From Tubiluchus corallicola (Eukaryota > Animalia > Priapulida): a DNA stretch of 14,998 nt. A program made the translations under genes and the position numbers. The notes below the pieces were generated by a model that worked only from the letters and a program-made list of their open reading frames with translations, did not search any database and was not told the DNA's origin. Where the stretch lies: NCBI GenBank assembly GCA_030141605.1, contig JAQGDQ010002101.1:1-14998 (forward strand). The letters run 5' to 3'. Positions 1 through 11,280 of the stretch are shown here, one piece after another; the stretch's first letter is position 1, and the number at the start of each line of letters is the position of its first letter.

Positions 1-1340
1 TGAATAGATTTAACGTGCATTTGATTAAAATTAATGCAAATGAAACGCAATGGATTCTTGAAGATCTAATGTCCACGAACCATATTCCATTTAGTTCTAA
101 TAGATCAACTTGCATCAGGCTCATCCTAAACGATCATTTACATTAGATGATATCAATAATAATAGGAAGAATAATAAACAACTATATTTGAGTAATCATA
201 ATGCAAACCCACAGTAGTCCTTAATTGCCACGTGACTTTCGACAGAAAAAATAAGAAAAAAATGACCATAAGAACTAATAATAACAACCATGACAAAGAG
301 CATTTTATTAATAATTAGTAAAGAATGCCAATGACCCACGATGTTTGAAAATGTCGATTCCAAAAAATAATAAACGAACTTTATTAGCAAATTGTTTTTT
401 TGGATTTATAAACAAATTGACACTTTCTCTCCCTTTGTCTTATAGTAAAAAAATCCGTTAATAAGCAATGCAGGTACTTCCTATGAATGACATTCCTCTC
501 TGGGGGTGGGGTTGGGGGGGACGCGAGTGTTTCAGAGTAATGTTTGCACAACACACTGCTTACACATTGCTTTAAAAATGAAACTCGGCTGTACTAATTA
601 ATTATATAATCTCTTCAATGAGTCGTTAATTGATTATAACTAATTGGTCAACAAGAATTCGTTTTACGTGTTTTGAAAACGAGTACATAGTTTTAGCTGC
701 GACCACCACTCGCTAAAAACCAAGGTGACTAGCGATGAAACTCATAATCAATCAGTAATCAATCAGCTATCACTAATCAATGAGGAACAAAGTCACCGGA
801 TATTCCGGAATGCCTGAAAGTGTAAAATTGATCGTGGTAAATACCATGTGCTTCTATAGAATTCATTCAAAAATGTATGCACCATAGTTTAGTGCACTAC
901 AACACAGTCTATGAGTTGAAAAAGTTAATTACTAATTAACAGTAAATTACATAATCCCAGGTAAGTCATTAATAAATTATATCACTTATGCAGACTGGGC
1001 TACAGCCAGGGTCACCACAGTGATTTTAAAATTTTAAAATTTTGAATGGCCAGAATTTGTCACCCTTACGCTAGAAAATTCAAATGAATTTCGGCTCCTG
1101 TGAAATTTTCGCCCAGGGGCTTCATGCACGATACATTCCCTGGCTTCACAGAAATAAGCCCGAACTTGAAAGGTCCACATAATGAAAGATGAATAATCCC
1201 ATTTTATTTGTATGTAGATTTAGATTTATTTATTTCTGTGCATTAAAAAAAAACAAGAAAAAACCGGTGAGCTGGCAGTCTTATTTTCTCGTAGTTTGTT
1301 AGGAGTGCAAAAAATTTCCTGTTATCTGCGTAATATATTT

Positions 1341-1843
<503 letters not shown>

Positions 1844-2464
1844 TTTATTTATATATTTCGTATTCATGTATTGCGTTGTTACAAATACAATTACAAGTAG
1901 TCGATTAGCATTTATTAAGTCACTGGAGGTTTACCACCACCTACTTTCAACTCGACGCAGACCAAAGGTTCAAGTCATTATTGTAGATTATTGTAGTATT
2001 GTGTACGACTAATTTTACAAAATGCCCAGCTATCAAAAATATATCACTTCACATAAAATGTCATAGTTGACATACGCGCTTGTTTATCTTTCTAGATCTC
2101 AGAAACCTTAAAAATTCATCTCTTTTTCTGTCTGTGGAGAAACAGGATTATATAAAGGTCAAGAAGAAACCATGTTTGACTGGCGCATGAATTGTGCCAT
2201 TTAAGGAAGCCTTTAGTGGAAGATTTACTGTCACAAACGCCATTATTTTAGTCGCGGATGACATGATATTCTTGAAATGTCGGCGGGTTTTTCCGGAATT
2301 TGGGCGCAAAAGCGAATCTTAATGATTTGACATAATAAGATTAAAAACCCCGTGTGACATTAAACGCTGCTGTCAAGGTCCGTTAAACGTATTTTCTCTT
2401 TCCATTCGTCTCTCTTAACTAATCATTGCAAGCAGGAAGCTAATAAGATTCTGACGGAAATAAC

Positions 2465-2620
2465 AAATCGTAACTTCCGGTCGTTAACTTTGGTATACTC
2501 AACAAAGCGGAAGTAACTTAACTGTTTCTGTCACATATAGATTCGCACAGTTGCACATTCGATTTATTTCGCTTGAAATCGCCACAAACTAGAAAATCGA
2601 AAATAAGAAAATGGCGTCTG
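2465..2620 (+). promoter_or_regulatory. Possible TATA-less Pol II promoter (ETS pair plus YY1-type start motif)
   Basis: Inverted ETS-type cores ACTTCCGG (2473-2480) and GCGGAAGT (2507-2514); AAAATGGCG (2608-2616) overlapping an ATG at 2611; locally CpG-richer than the flanks. Motif-only evidence. Confidence 0.35.
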
Positions 2621-2722
2621 ACGAAAAGTCCTAAGACGAAAGTACGCGTAGCTGATATGCAACTTCTGATGAACATTCATATTCGAGGAAAATTCCTAGG
2701 GAAGGAATTGGATTCCCAAGGG
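2611..2722 (+). pseudogene. Possible decayed first coding exon (MASDEKS*DESTRS*YATSDEHSYSRKIPREGIGFPR), perhaps transposon-derived
   Basis: ATG in good context, donor G|GTAAGA at 2723, two in-frame stops and an EHSY ([DE]HxY) tetrapeptide. A strong acceptor (TTTTTGTCTTATTTGCAG) ends at 3270. No homology recognised. Confidence 0.2.
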
Positions 2723-3899
2723 GTAAGATAAGAAATCTCGCTCTTATTATGTATAAGACATAATCGAAAAGAACATTTTGTGCTGTCATCACGATCAACG
2801 CATGCAAAGATTAGACTACATAAATTTCAAATCAAAAATGATACATGGAATTTATCGAACTAGCCGTGAAGACAACAGCAGCCCAAATGAGCGTGTATCA
2901 GATCTTTCGACGTCCGTCGAACGGCAACGGTCGGACGGCCATTTATAAGGCGGCCATGTATCACTGGCAGTAATTCCCAGCAGTAGCGTGTTACTGATTC
3001 TTGAACGAAATAGATAAAATAACCTTGCTGTTTCCTTAAGTATTTATGGTGTGTTAGCACCAGTGTTCTAGTGATAACGCATCTCTGCCAACGTGATAAA
3101 TGATTGACAGATCAAATGGCATTTTTAACAGTGGTGTTATGCGTTCCATTGATGATGGCTCAGATGAAATTGTCTAATAACTCTTAATTAACACACACAA
3201 ACATTCTTATAATTTATTTTTACTGAGTGAACAAAACTTTTTTAATTGGTCGTTTTTGTCTTATTTGCAGGATTATGCAGAACAATCTAAGAAACGACAA
3301 GGGAACGACGCAGCCTTGCTCAATTTACAAAACTAATTCATCAAATCGCTTGACTGGATTTTGGAAGTTTCTTAATCCGGTTGTCTTATCTTGCGATGCA
3401 GTGAATAGGAAACCATTCTCAGACAAAGATGAACTCGCGCTTGGTCACATGCCGGCAAAACAAATAAAACGTTTAATTTATTCCCTGGCAGTAGTTTTAA
3501 AACTAATAAAAAACAAATTAAAGAGGACTGGAACTTGCTATCTGATCCACACAGTATAGGGCTTTAGAAAGCAAAAATGTGTTTAATTCATTTCTTTATT
3601 TTTTGTGCATGTGAAGGGGTGCGTGGCAGGGGTGTATACATACTTGATACTTGCAAACTCAGCCACTCAGCACTTGCTACCCACAACCTCAAGCACCCTC
3701 AACGATCAATGTCGAAAATGGGCGTTCCTCTACGTTGCTTTGTAATTTATACTGCACTCTGATCAGTACGTTATTTCAAAATTTAATGACTGCCCTTTTG
3801 TAAGGTAGCGCTAATGGTGGATTTTTCAATCAGATGCCGCTACGCCACCTGGTAATTTAGTAGTTACGATGTCTATTGTATAGTAACAGTAATTTATCG

Positions 3900-4035
3900 A
3901 TTTTTGGCCAACAGGGCTGATCAAACAACAAGCAGCTATTTAGTTTCTCCCCCTTAAATTGTATTTTTTAATTTAGTAATAATTGTAAGTGTGGTATGTA
4001 CAAAAGGGAAAATAAAATGAATCTGAATCTGAATC
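3900..4035 (+). mobile_element. Probable 3' end of a CR1/L2-type LINE (or related SINE); 5' boundary undetermined
   Basis: AATAAA (4011-4016) immediately followed by (TGAATC)x3 (4018-4035). Short tandem-repeat tails after AATAAA are typical of CR1/L2-clade 3' ends. No RT-coding sequence seen. Confidence 0.5.
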
Positions 4036-4221
4036 ATACAACAAAATTTTACATACAAATGCGAACAAACTTAGCTACAGCACACGGAACAGTGACATCA
4101 TGAGATTGCATCATACAAGTTAGTTTGTCATCTATATTTAAAAACTAAATGTCTGGAATAGAACGTGTGATTGTAATTACGAGGAAGTTGCGGGCAGTGT
4201 GTTATGCTTAGAACAAAATAG

Positions 4222-6738
4222 AACAAAATGGCATTCGACACCGACTTCGTTACACTTGGCTCATAGACACTTCTCTCGAGGAATAAGAGGTCTTATATAT
4301 ACCACCCAGTTTATGTTGTAGGTGACTCAGTGAAGCCATTGTTAATTTTGCATCACAGAGGAAGCCATTTTGTCCCTGACTGGGTCACAGGTTAACGATT
4401 CACACTGTAGCCTATGCCATTCGATTCGCCTCATCAACACCTTTCATTTGACATGCTACATGGTAATATTTGTAGAAACTCGATGCATTTTTGTTTCCGA
4501 CCCCCATTTTTCGGCTTTTGTCCCCTAATAGGGTCAGAGATCAACCTATGCAACCCAGAGGTCAGACTATGTCACCCAGAGATCACCTATGTAACACAGA
4601 CATCAAACTGGGGTCAGAGATCAACCTATGTAACCCAGAGATCAAACTGGGGTCAGAGATCAACCTATGTAACCCAGAGATCAAACTGGGGTCAGAGATC
4701 AACCTATGTAACCCAGAGATCAAACTGGGGTCAGAGATCAACCTATGTAACCCAGAGATCAAACTGGGGTCAGATATCAACCTATGTAACCCAGAGATCA
4801 AAATGGGATCAGAGATCAACCTATGTAACCCAGAGGTCAAACTGGGATCAGAGATCAACCTATGTAACCCAGAGGTCAAACTGCTGTCAGAGATCAACCT
4901 ATGTAACCCAGAGATCAAACTGGGATCAGAGATCAACCTATGTAACCCAGAGATCAAACTGGGATCAGAGATCAACCTATGTAACCCAGAGGTCAAACTG
5001 GGGTCAGAGATCAACCTATGTAACCCAGAGATCAAACTGGGAACAGAGATCAACCTATGTAACCCAGAGATCAAACTGGGATCAGAGATCAACCTATGTA
5101 ACCCAGAGATCAAACTAGGGTCAGATATCAACCTATGTAACCCAGAGGTCAAACTATGTCACCCAGAGATCACCTATGTAACACAGACATCAAACTGGGA
5201 TCAGAGATCAACCTATGTAACCCAGAGGTCAAACTGGGATCAGAGATCAACCTATGTAACCCAGAGGTCAAACTGCTGTCAGAGATCAACCTATGTAACC
5301 CAGAGATCAAACTGGGATCAGAGATCAACCTATGTAACCCAGAGATCAAACTGGGATCAGAGATCAACCTATGTAACCCAGAGGTCAAACTGGGGTCAGA
5401 GATCAACCTATGTAACCCAGAGATCAAACTGGGATCAGAGATCAACCTATGTAACCCAGAGATCAAACTGGGATCAGAGATCAACCTTGGTAACCCAGAG
5501 GTCAAACTGGGGTCAGAGATCAACCTATGTAACCCAGAGATCAAACTGGGATCAGAGATCAACCTATGTAACCCAGAGATCAAACTGGGATCAGAGATCA
5601 ACCTATGTAACCCAGAGATCAAACTAGGGTCAGACATCAACCTATCTAACCCAGAGGTCAAACTATGTCACCCAGAGATCACCTATGTAACACAGACATC
5701 TAACTGGGGTCAGATATCAACCTATGTAACCCAGAGATCAACCTATGTAACCCAGAGATCAAACTGGGATTAGAGATCAACCTATGTAACCCAGAGATCA
5801 AACTGGGGTCAGACATCAACCTATGTAACCCAGAGATCAAACTGGGGTCAGAGATCAACCTATGTAACCCATAGATCAAACTGGGGTCAGAGATCAACCT
5901 ATGTAACCCAGAGATCAAACTGGGGTCAGATATCAACCTATGTAAACCAGAGATCAACCTATGTAACCCAGAGATCAAACTGGGGTCAGACATCAACCTA
6001 TGTAACCCAGAGATCAAACTGGGGTCAGAGATCAACCTATGTAACCCAGAGATCAAACTGGGGTCAGAAATCAACCTATGTAACCCAGAGCTCAAACTGG
6101 GGTCAGATATCAACCTATGTAACACAGAGATCAAACTGGGGTCAGATATCAACCTATGTAACCCAGAGGTCAAACTGGGGTCAGATATCAACCTATGTAA
6201 CCCGGAGATCAAACTGGGGTCAGAGATCAACCTATGTAACCCAGAGATCAAACTGGGGTCAGAGATCAACCTATGTAACCCAGAGGCCAAACGATGTAAC
6301 CCAGAGATCAAGCTGGGTCAGATATCAACCTATGTAACCCGGAGATCAAACTGGGGTCAGAGATCAACCTATGTAACCCAGAGGTCAAACTATGTAACCC
6401 AGAGATCAAACTGGGGTCAGAGATCAACCTATGTAACCAGAGGCCAAACGATGTAACCCAGAGGTCAAACTGGGGTCAGAGGTCAAACGATGTAACCCAC
6501 AGATCAAACTGGGGTCAGAGATCAACCTATGTAACCCAGAGGTCAAACTATGTAACCCCGAGGTCAAACTGGGGTCAGAGATCAACCTACCGGACCCAGA
6601 GATCAAACTGGGGTCAGAGATCAAGGCTTAGGAGTTATTAAGCGTTAAAGTTGCGAAGAATAAATAAGAATAAATAAAAAAAATGAATAAATAACTCAAT
6701 GAAAAACAGTAAGATTTTGCAAATAAGTTTAGACTTAA
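4222..6738. mobile_element. Non-autonomous Helentron/HINE-like element carrying a central tandem array (boundaries approximate)
   Basis: The layout is unique left arm (4222-4530), central tandem array, AATAA-type microsatellite (6657-6694), then ...AAAAACAGTAAG and a degenerate terminal hairpin TAAGATTT..TTTAGACTTAA (6710-6738). This organisation and motifs such as CATTTGACATGCTACATG resemble invertebrate HINE/pearl-type elements as I recall them. Not checked against a database. Confidence 0.5.
4531..6624. repeat. 39-bp minisatellite, ~54 unit-lengths, consensus GGGGTCAGAGATCAACCTATGTAACCCAGAGATCAAACT
   Basis: Directly visible. The unit is a 21-bp (CAGAGATCAACCTATGTAACC) plus an 18-bp (CAGAGATCAAACTGGGGT) subunit sharing CAGAGATCAA. 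It produces the 13-aa periodic ORFs on both strands. Confidence 0.98.
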
Positions 6739-6955
6739 GTTAGAACGCATAAAGTCGTACAATAAAGATTAGAGTGAAGTCAAGTGATATTTCAGGCATT
6801 AGGAACATCACAAGATGCAGTCACATAACAGCAAACAGAGACTCTACATAAGAAATACACCGGGTTATAGGAAAATGTACCAATACTAAGCCTGTAGCAC
6901 TTTGGTTTTAATTAATTTTATCAGGAATTTTATCCTTTTTGCACTAATCTTACAG

Positions 6956-7033
6956 TTGCCTTTTAGTGGTTATTCTTTCATATCTGATGATATTATGTTT
7001 TATCGTTTTATGTTGTATTTTTGTATTTGGCAG
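6956..7033 (+). CDS. Candidate hydrophobic exon (CLLVVILSYLMILCFIVLCCIFVFG), signal-peptide/TM-like; gene unknown
   Basis: Branch-like ACTAAT plus TTACAG acceptor (6955) and CAG|GTAAAA donor (7034); 78 nt with an open frame. T-rich DNA yields hydrophobic peptides by chance. Confidence 0.25.
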
Positions 7034-7252
7034 GTAAAAGTTTGCTAAATATTTATCACTTGATTTAAATTTATTTTTTCTGCAAAGACCAAAAAATATA
7101 ATCGATTTTTTTATTTTAACTTTTACATTCACGTTACCAGCTTGATTTTTAAGCTTGGTACTTTTTTGTTTAATTTAAATTTTAAGATGATTTTTTTTAA
7201 AGAATTGGGTATTCGCTTATTTACATTTTTTGCTGTTCTAGTTTTGTTTTAG

Positions 7253-7298
7253 TGTTTCAAAGTCTGAAAACTCGATAACAATGTGTTTTATACAAACT
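7253..7298 (+). CDS. Candidate 46-nt exon (SVSKSENSITMCFIQT), phase-compatible with 6956-7033
   Basis: Polypyrimidine tract plus TTTTAG acceptor and ACT|GTGAGT donor (7299). The only open frame of the three matches the phase-2 end of the upstream candidate exon. Confidence 0.25.
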
Positions 7299-7899
7299 GT
7301 GAGTGCTTTCTTTTCATATAACGGATTTTTAAAGTAAATGCTATGGAAAGGGTTACAGAAGATCATTATAATTATATCAAGACAAACGCATGTAGATTTA
7401 CATGGGTTACGTCACAAAACAGTAGACTAGACTGCCCTAGTGCCTTATAGTAATTTGTATGTAACCAAGGGAAAATAGGTTATATCCTTGTGGGGACATT
7501 CAGACTGAGAAACACGTTATACAGACACGCCCCCTAACATCAAATATTAGAAACCGCTACGACAATGTAAACTTTGCTGATTTAACTCACTTCTTTGAGC
7601 ACACTAATTGTTATATAATATGTTATGAAATTTTGTAACTTTTATGCTGATGTACCTTGTATGCACAACACTGTTTTTAATGCTATTACCTTGAGTAGGA
7701 AATGTACGTAAAGTGACATTTGGACTAAAATCACTAATGTATCGATTGTGGCATTTACCTTGTTCCTCGTGTATACATGTAACTTGTTTTAGTTAATAAA
7801 CTACATGCATAGTGAAACTTATGATCAGGGAGGAGAGAAACCTTTTCAAACAGATAAGAAGCCTTATTTCAATGTTCAAAATCTTGAATTTGTTTCAAG

Positions 7900-8316
7900 A
7901 TAATAAAAACAAGCGCCATTTTCTCTTTGCTCCATTGATTTGAACTTTTACGTTGACAACTCCTTAAACTGAAGTTTTGACAGCGCGTCTGGCATCAAAC
8001 AAAACTGATGTCACAGTTAGTTAGTTTCAAAGCTGCTTCAAACCCCTCCTTCTTGTCTCCTTGCCCGGGGCGCCTTCGGTTGCCTTCGGCTTTTTCCGGA
8101 GTTTGCCGACATGGTCGATAAGAAAATGACATTATAACGGCAGGTTAGTAAATGAAGCCGGATCACTTTGCTGTCGCGTTGATAGACAGAGTGCGTGCTG
8201 GCTTCCTTACACACGTCACTCAGTGTTTTCTCAGTTGTTTAGAAAAAAGTTTGAATCTTTTGAGCGACCATACCACGCTGATGGATAAGTTAGAGGCGTG
8301 ACGTTTTGCGGTAAGT
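7900..8316. promoter_or_regulatory. CpG-richer promoter-like patch with possible non-coding first exon (~8220-8310)
   Basis: GC/CpG elevated against the flanks; ACGTCA (8213-8218); Inr-like TCAGTG/TCAGTT (8220, 8231); consensus donor G|GTAAGT at 8311; YY1-like AAAATGGCG on the minus strand (7914-7922). Confidence 0.3.
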
Positions 8317-8582
8317 CGCTTATTTATTTTAAACTTTTGATAGTTAAATATTTTACTTTAAACTTATTAACTTTGAGTGCAGCAAGAAGTATTTCACAGA
8401 AGTTATAAATGAATGCAGAGAAAATCATGAAGAAATGCAGGATGATTTTGTCTTTTTCGTAGCTTAGTCTCCATAATTTTACAGCTCTGCTATTATGAAA
8501 AAATACTGAATTGCGAAGTAAAGTAGATAGAAAATGCGGGTATATCAATACGATTTTAATATTATAATTATAATTTTAATTT

Positions 8583-8631
8583 TCTCTCTCTTTCTCCCCT
8601 CTGTCCCTCTCTTCTCGTCTCTCTCTCTCTT

Positions 8632-8686
<55 letters not shown>

Positions 8687-8761
8687 TCTTCTCTCCCGCT
8701 TTTGTCTCTCTCATTCTCCCCCTCTGTCCGTCTCATCTCGTCTCTCTCCCTCGCTCTCTCG

Positions 8762-8822
<61 letters not shown>

Positions 8823-8857
8823 CTCTCTCCCTTTATCTCTCCCGCCTTTCTCTCTCT
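8583..8857. repeat. Imperfect (CT)n polypyrimidine microsatellite
   Basis: Directly visible. Source of the SL/RE-repeat ORFs 8534..8887 and 8545..8736. Confidence 0.97.
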
Positions 8858-9769
8858 TATATTGTAATATATTATATTATATTATAATTTTTTCACTTGT
8901 TGCTCAGTACAACCTGAACCCAGCTACCAAACAGTGATAGCTAAGAAGTCTTGTTACTAGATTCTATATCGTATGAAATTTTCTTACTATGTGATTTCGC
9001 AGAGGAGAAATGAAAATCGACACACTCATTTGGTGATGTGTCTAATTTTGTTAGTTGTATGTTTTATTCCATGTAGGCCTGCTTAGTTATGATTAATTAT
9101 TACAATTACTATTACTGCTTGATTAGGTGAGTCATGAAAGTAGGTAATAATATAGATTTCGACGTTACTGTAGTGTATCTCAATTAACAAATTTATTAAT
9201 TAACTGCTGTGTTTACAGCCCGGTGGATGTATAAACACTAAGCGGAAAGAGTTCGGTCTAAATTCAACTAATCTAACGATTATAATTCTACGTGTTTTTA
9301 AGCTTCCGTGACTCTTGCATTTCTCCAAAAGTATCGACGACTCTAACTCATTAACTTAGCCAATCAGATTGAATCATTGCGTGTAAGTGACACAGAAAAA
9401 TATTAGTTCCATTTCATCGCTTTTAAAAAGGAGGTTTTAGTCCAGAAGTCGCTAAATACATTCTTCATTGACGAATGAAACATGCTGTCACAAACCAACA
9501 ATTTGTTACAAGATTATATAGTTTCACAACTCACTAAATCACTCGAAAACTGAGTCATTAAACAAAGTGAAGATTACGAAATACAAAACAGTTATGCAAT
9601 GTTTACGAAGTAATAATAATTAAGCACCAAACCTAAGTCAAGAAGTTTTATAATAACTCTTATTTCAATTTGTTTTTTTGTAATAATTAATAAAGTGTGT
9701 GGGCATTAAACGTGTGATATCTAAGCTTTTCATAAAGGTATAAATGATTATTTTTCTTACCTCCTAAAG

Positions 9770-10026
9770 GTCAAAATTATCCACAGGCTCAACTGGTACT
9801 AGGAAAAATTTACCAGGCGTTAGATTTTCGAATGCAAAAGTTTTTGTGTGTATTTACATTATTCGGTCTGGCCAGTCTGGAACTTTTGCAAATTGGTGTA
9901 TTGACTACATAGAGAAACCCGTAACACAAATGGCTTCTTCCTCGATGAAATTCGATCTTCAGCGGGATTGTTTGAGCAGTTTTACTTCGCGCCTTAACAA
10001 AAATGATGGAAAACGTTTTACAGAAG
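9770..10026 (+). CDS. Candidate exon (open frame SKLSTG...MASSSMKFDLQRDCLSSFTSRLNKNDGKRFTE), unidentified
   Basis: Pyrimidine-rich stretch plus AAG acceptor (9769), 257 nt with one fully open frame, ACAAATGG start context at 9930, and GAAG|GTATTA donor (10027). No homology recognised. Confidence 0.25.
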
Positions 10027-10419
10027 GTATTATTCTTAATAAATAATGAAGATTCACTTTGAAGAAACAGAGCATGGCCTTTTGTTACGTCATTAGTGAT
10101 TATTTTTTAAAATTTCATAGGAAATTCTTTTCAAGTCTTATTTGTTTTATACAATTATTGCGTGCCATGTAGTCCTAGCATACATAACATCAGCCACATT
10201 TTGTTTTCTGTGATTTCTTTATTTTAAGCTTAAAAGTTTAACTGACAGGTCATGAAACCCGATGAAACAATTTAGCTATTTTGCATCCGTGAACATAAAT
10301 CGAATAGATGGCAGAATAGAATCATAGACGTAGTTGCAAAAATAACATGACTACAACAACGCTTTCAGAAGAACGCTTTGATCAGATTACACCTTAACTA
10401 GCCGTGATTACTGACTAAT

Positions 10420-10503
10420 CTTCGTGGTATTGAACCCGTAACCCCATATCTTTGCTGAGCGTAATTGTTAAGAATCGATGCATTAGCCTTTAAATCATCC
10501 CCA
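10420..10503 (-). mobile_element. Possible highly degenerate tRNA-derived SINE head or tRNA pseudogene
   Basis: Minus-strand B-box-like GGTTCAATACC (10426-10436) about 60 nt downstream of a poor A-box-like stretch. No convincing cloverleaf. Confidence 0.2.
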
Positions 10504-10952
10504 TCGTGACGATTCTGTATGGAATGACTATCTGTATCGTATTGTATCTGTAACTAATATAATCTCTCTTAATTAAATTACCTTGCTGCCATATTATTTT
10601 ATGACCTGTTTAGTGAAATCTCTGGAGTCAATATTATTAATTTACAACGCAATATAGTGAAATTGCGTAGCCATATTGTCTGTGAAATGTAATTAAACTT
10701 GTTATTATAAATAAACAAAATAAACGCAATGCACTTAATAATATTTCAGGCAATTAATGTTGCAATGCACAATGTTTGGTTAGAAAGTTTTACATGTTTG
10801 AAAAAGCACTATTTCCTCGTGTTATTACCGAATTAGCATGAGTCAAATGTGCACTTTAGTTTTTTTGCAAAACCCTTTCCTCTTGTTTGAAATTTACTTT
10901 CCGTACAAACATTTGTCAGAATGCTTGATGCTAAATTGTTTTTAATATGAAA

Positions 10953-11093
10953 GTTGCTATTGCTCTCATTGTTGCTGTTGCCGCTGCCGCTGCCGCTTCC
11001 GCCGTCATCGTCAATGTTGTGTTCGTCGTCCTTGTTTGTTGTTGTCGTTGTCCTTGTCATTGCTGTTGTTACTACCGTCATCGTCCTTGTTGT
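10953..11093. repeat. Degenerate trinucleotide low-complexity tract (GTT/GCT/GCC/GTC)
   Basis: 3-bp periodicity visible. Explains ORF 10833..11081. Confidence 0.85.
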
Positions 11094-11280
11094 AGCAGTG
11101 AACCAGCAGAAGAAGACGCTTAACGCGTAACATTAAAGGAAAACCGAATGATTGTGTAAACACGAGTTCAGAATAAAAAATGCTCTAAAATATTGAAAAC
11201 TACAATAGCTTATGTTAAATCAAGGCTTAGATTAAATAATAATTACCTCGGATACTCAAATTTCGTTAAACTTTCAAAGC

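Noticed and set aside
196-390. Short unique-sequence ORFs (196-390, 2860-3060, 3577-3762, 6950-7132, 8324-8548, 11335-11538, 11750-11938)
   Set aside because: They are 60-75 aa, mostly with non-ATG starts and no recognisable motifs, consistent with chance ORFs in AT-rich DNA.
1004-1145. Small hAT-like MITE (AGCCAGGG...CCCTGGCT)
   Set aside because: Only ~8 bp of inverted match, and the candidate 8-bp TSDs (GCTACAGC vs GCTTCACA) do not agree.
4531-6624. CRISPR-like array
   Set aside because: There are no unique spacers, the units are contiguous near-identical copies, no cas genes are present, and the context is eukaryotic.
9204-9310. THAP-like peptide fragments (CCVY / PGGCINT...FKLP)
   Set aside because: Requires a frameshift and lacks the downstream W, C and H residues of a THAP domain.
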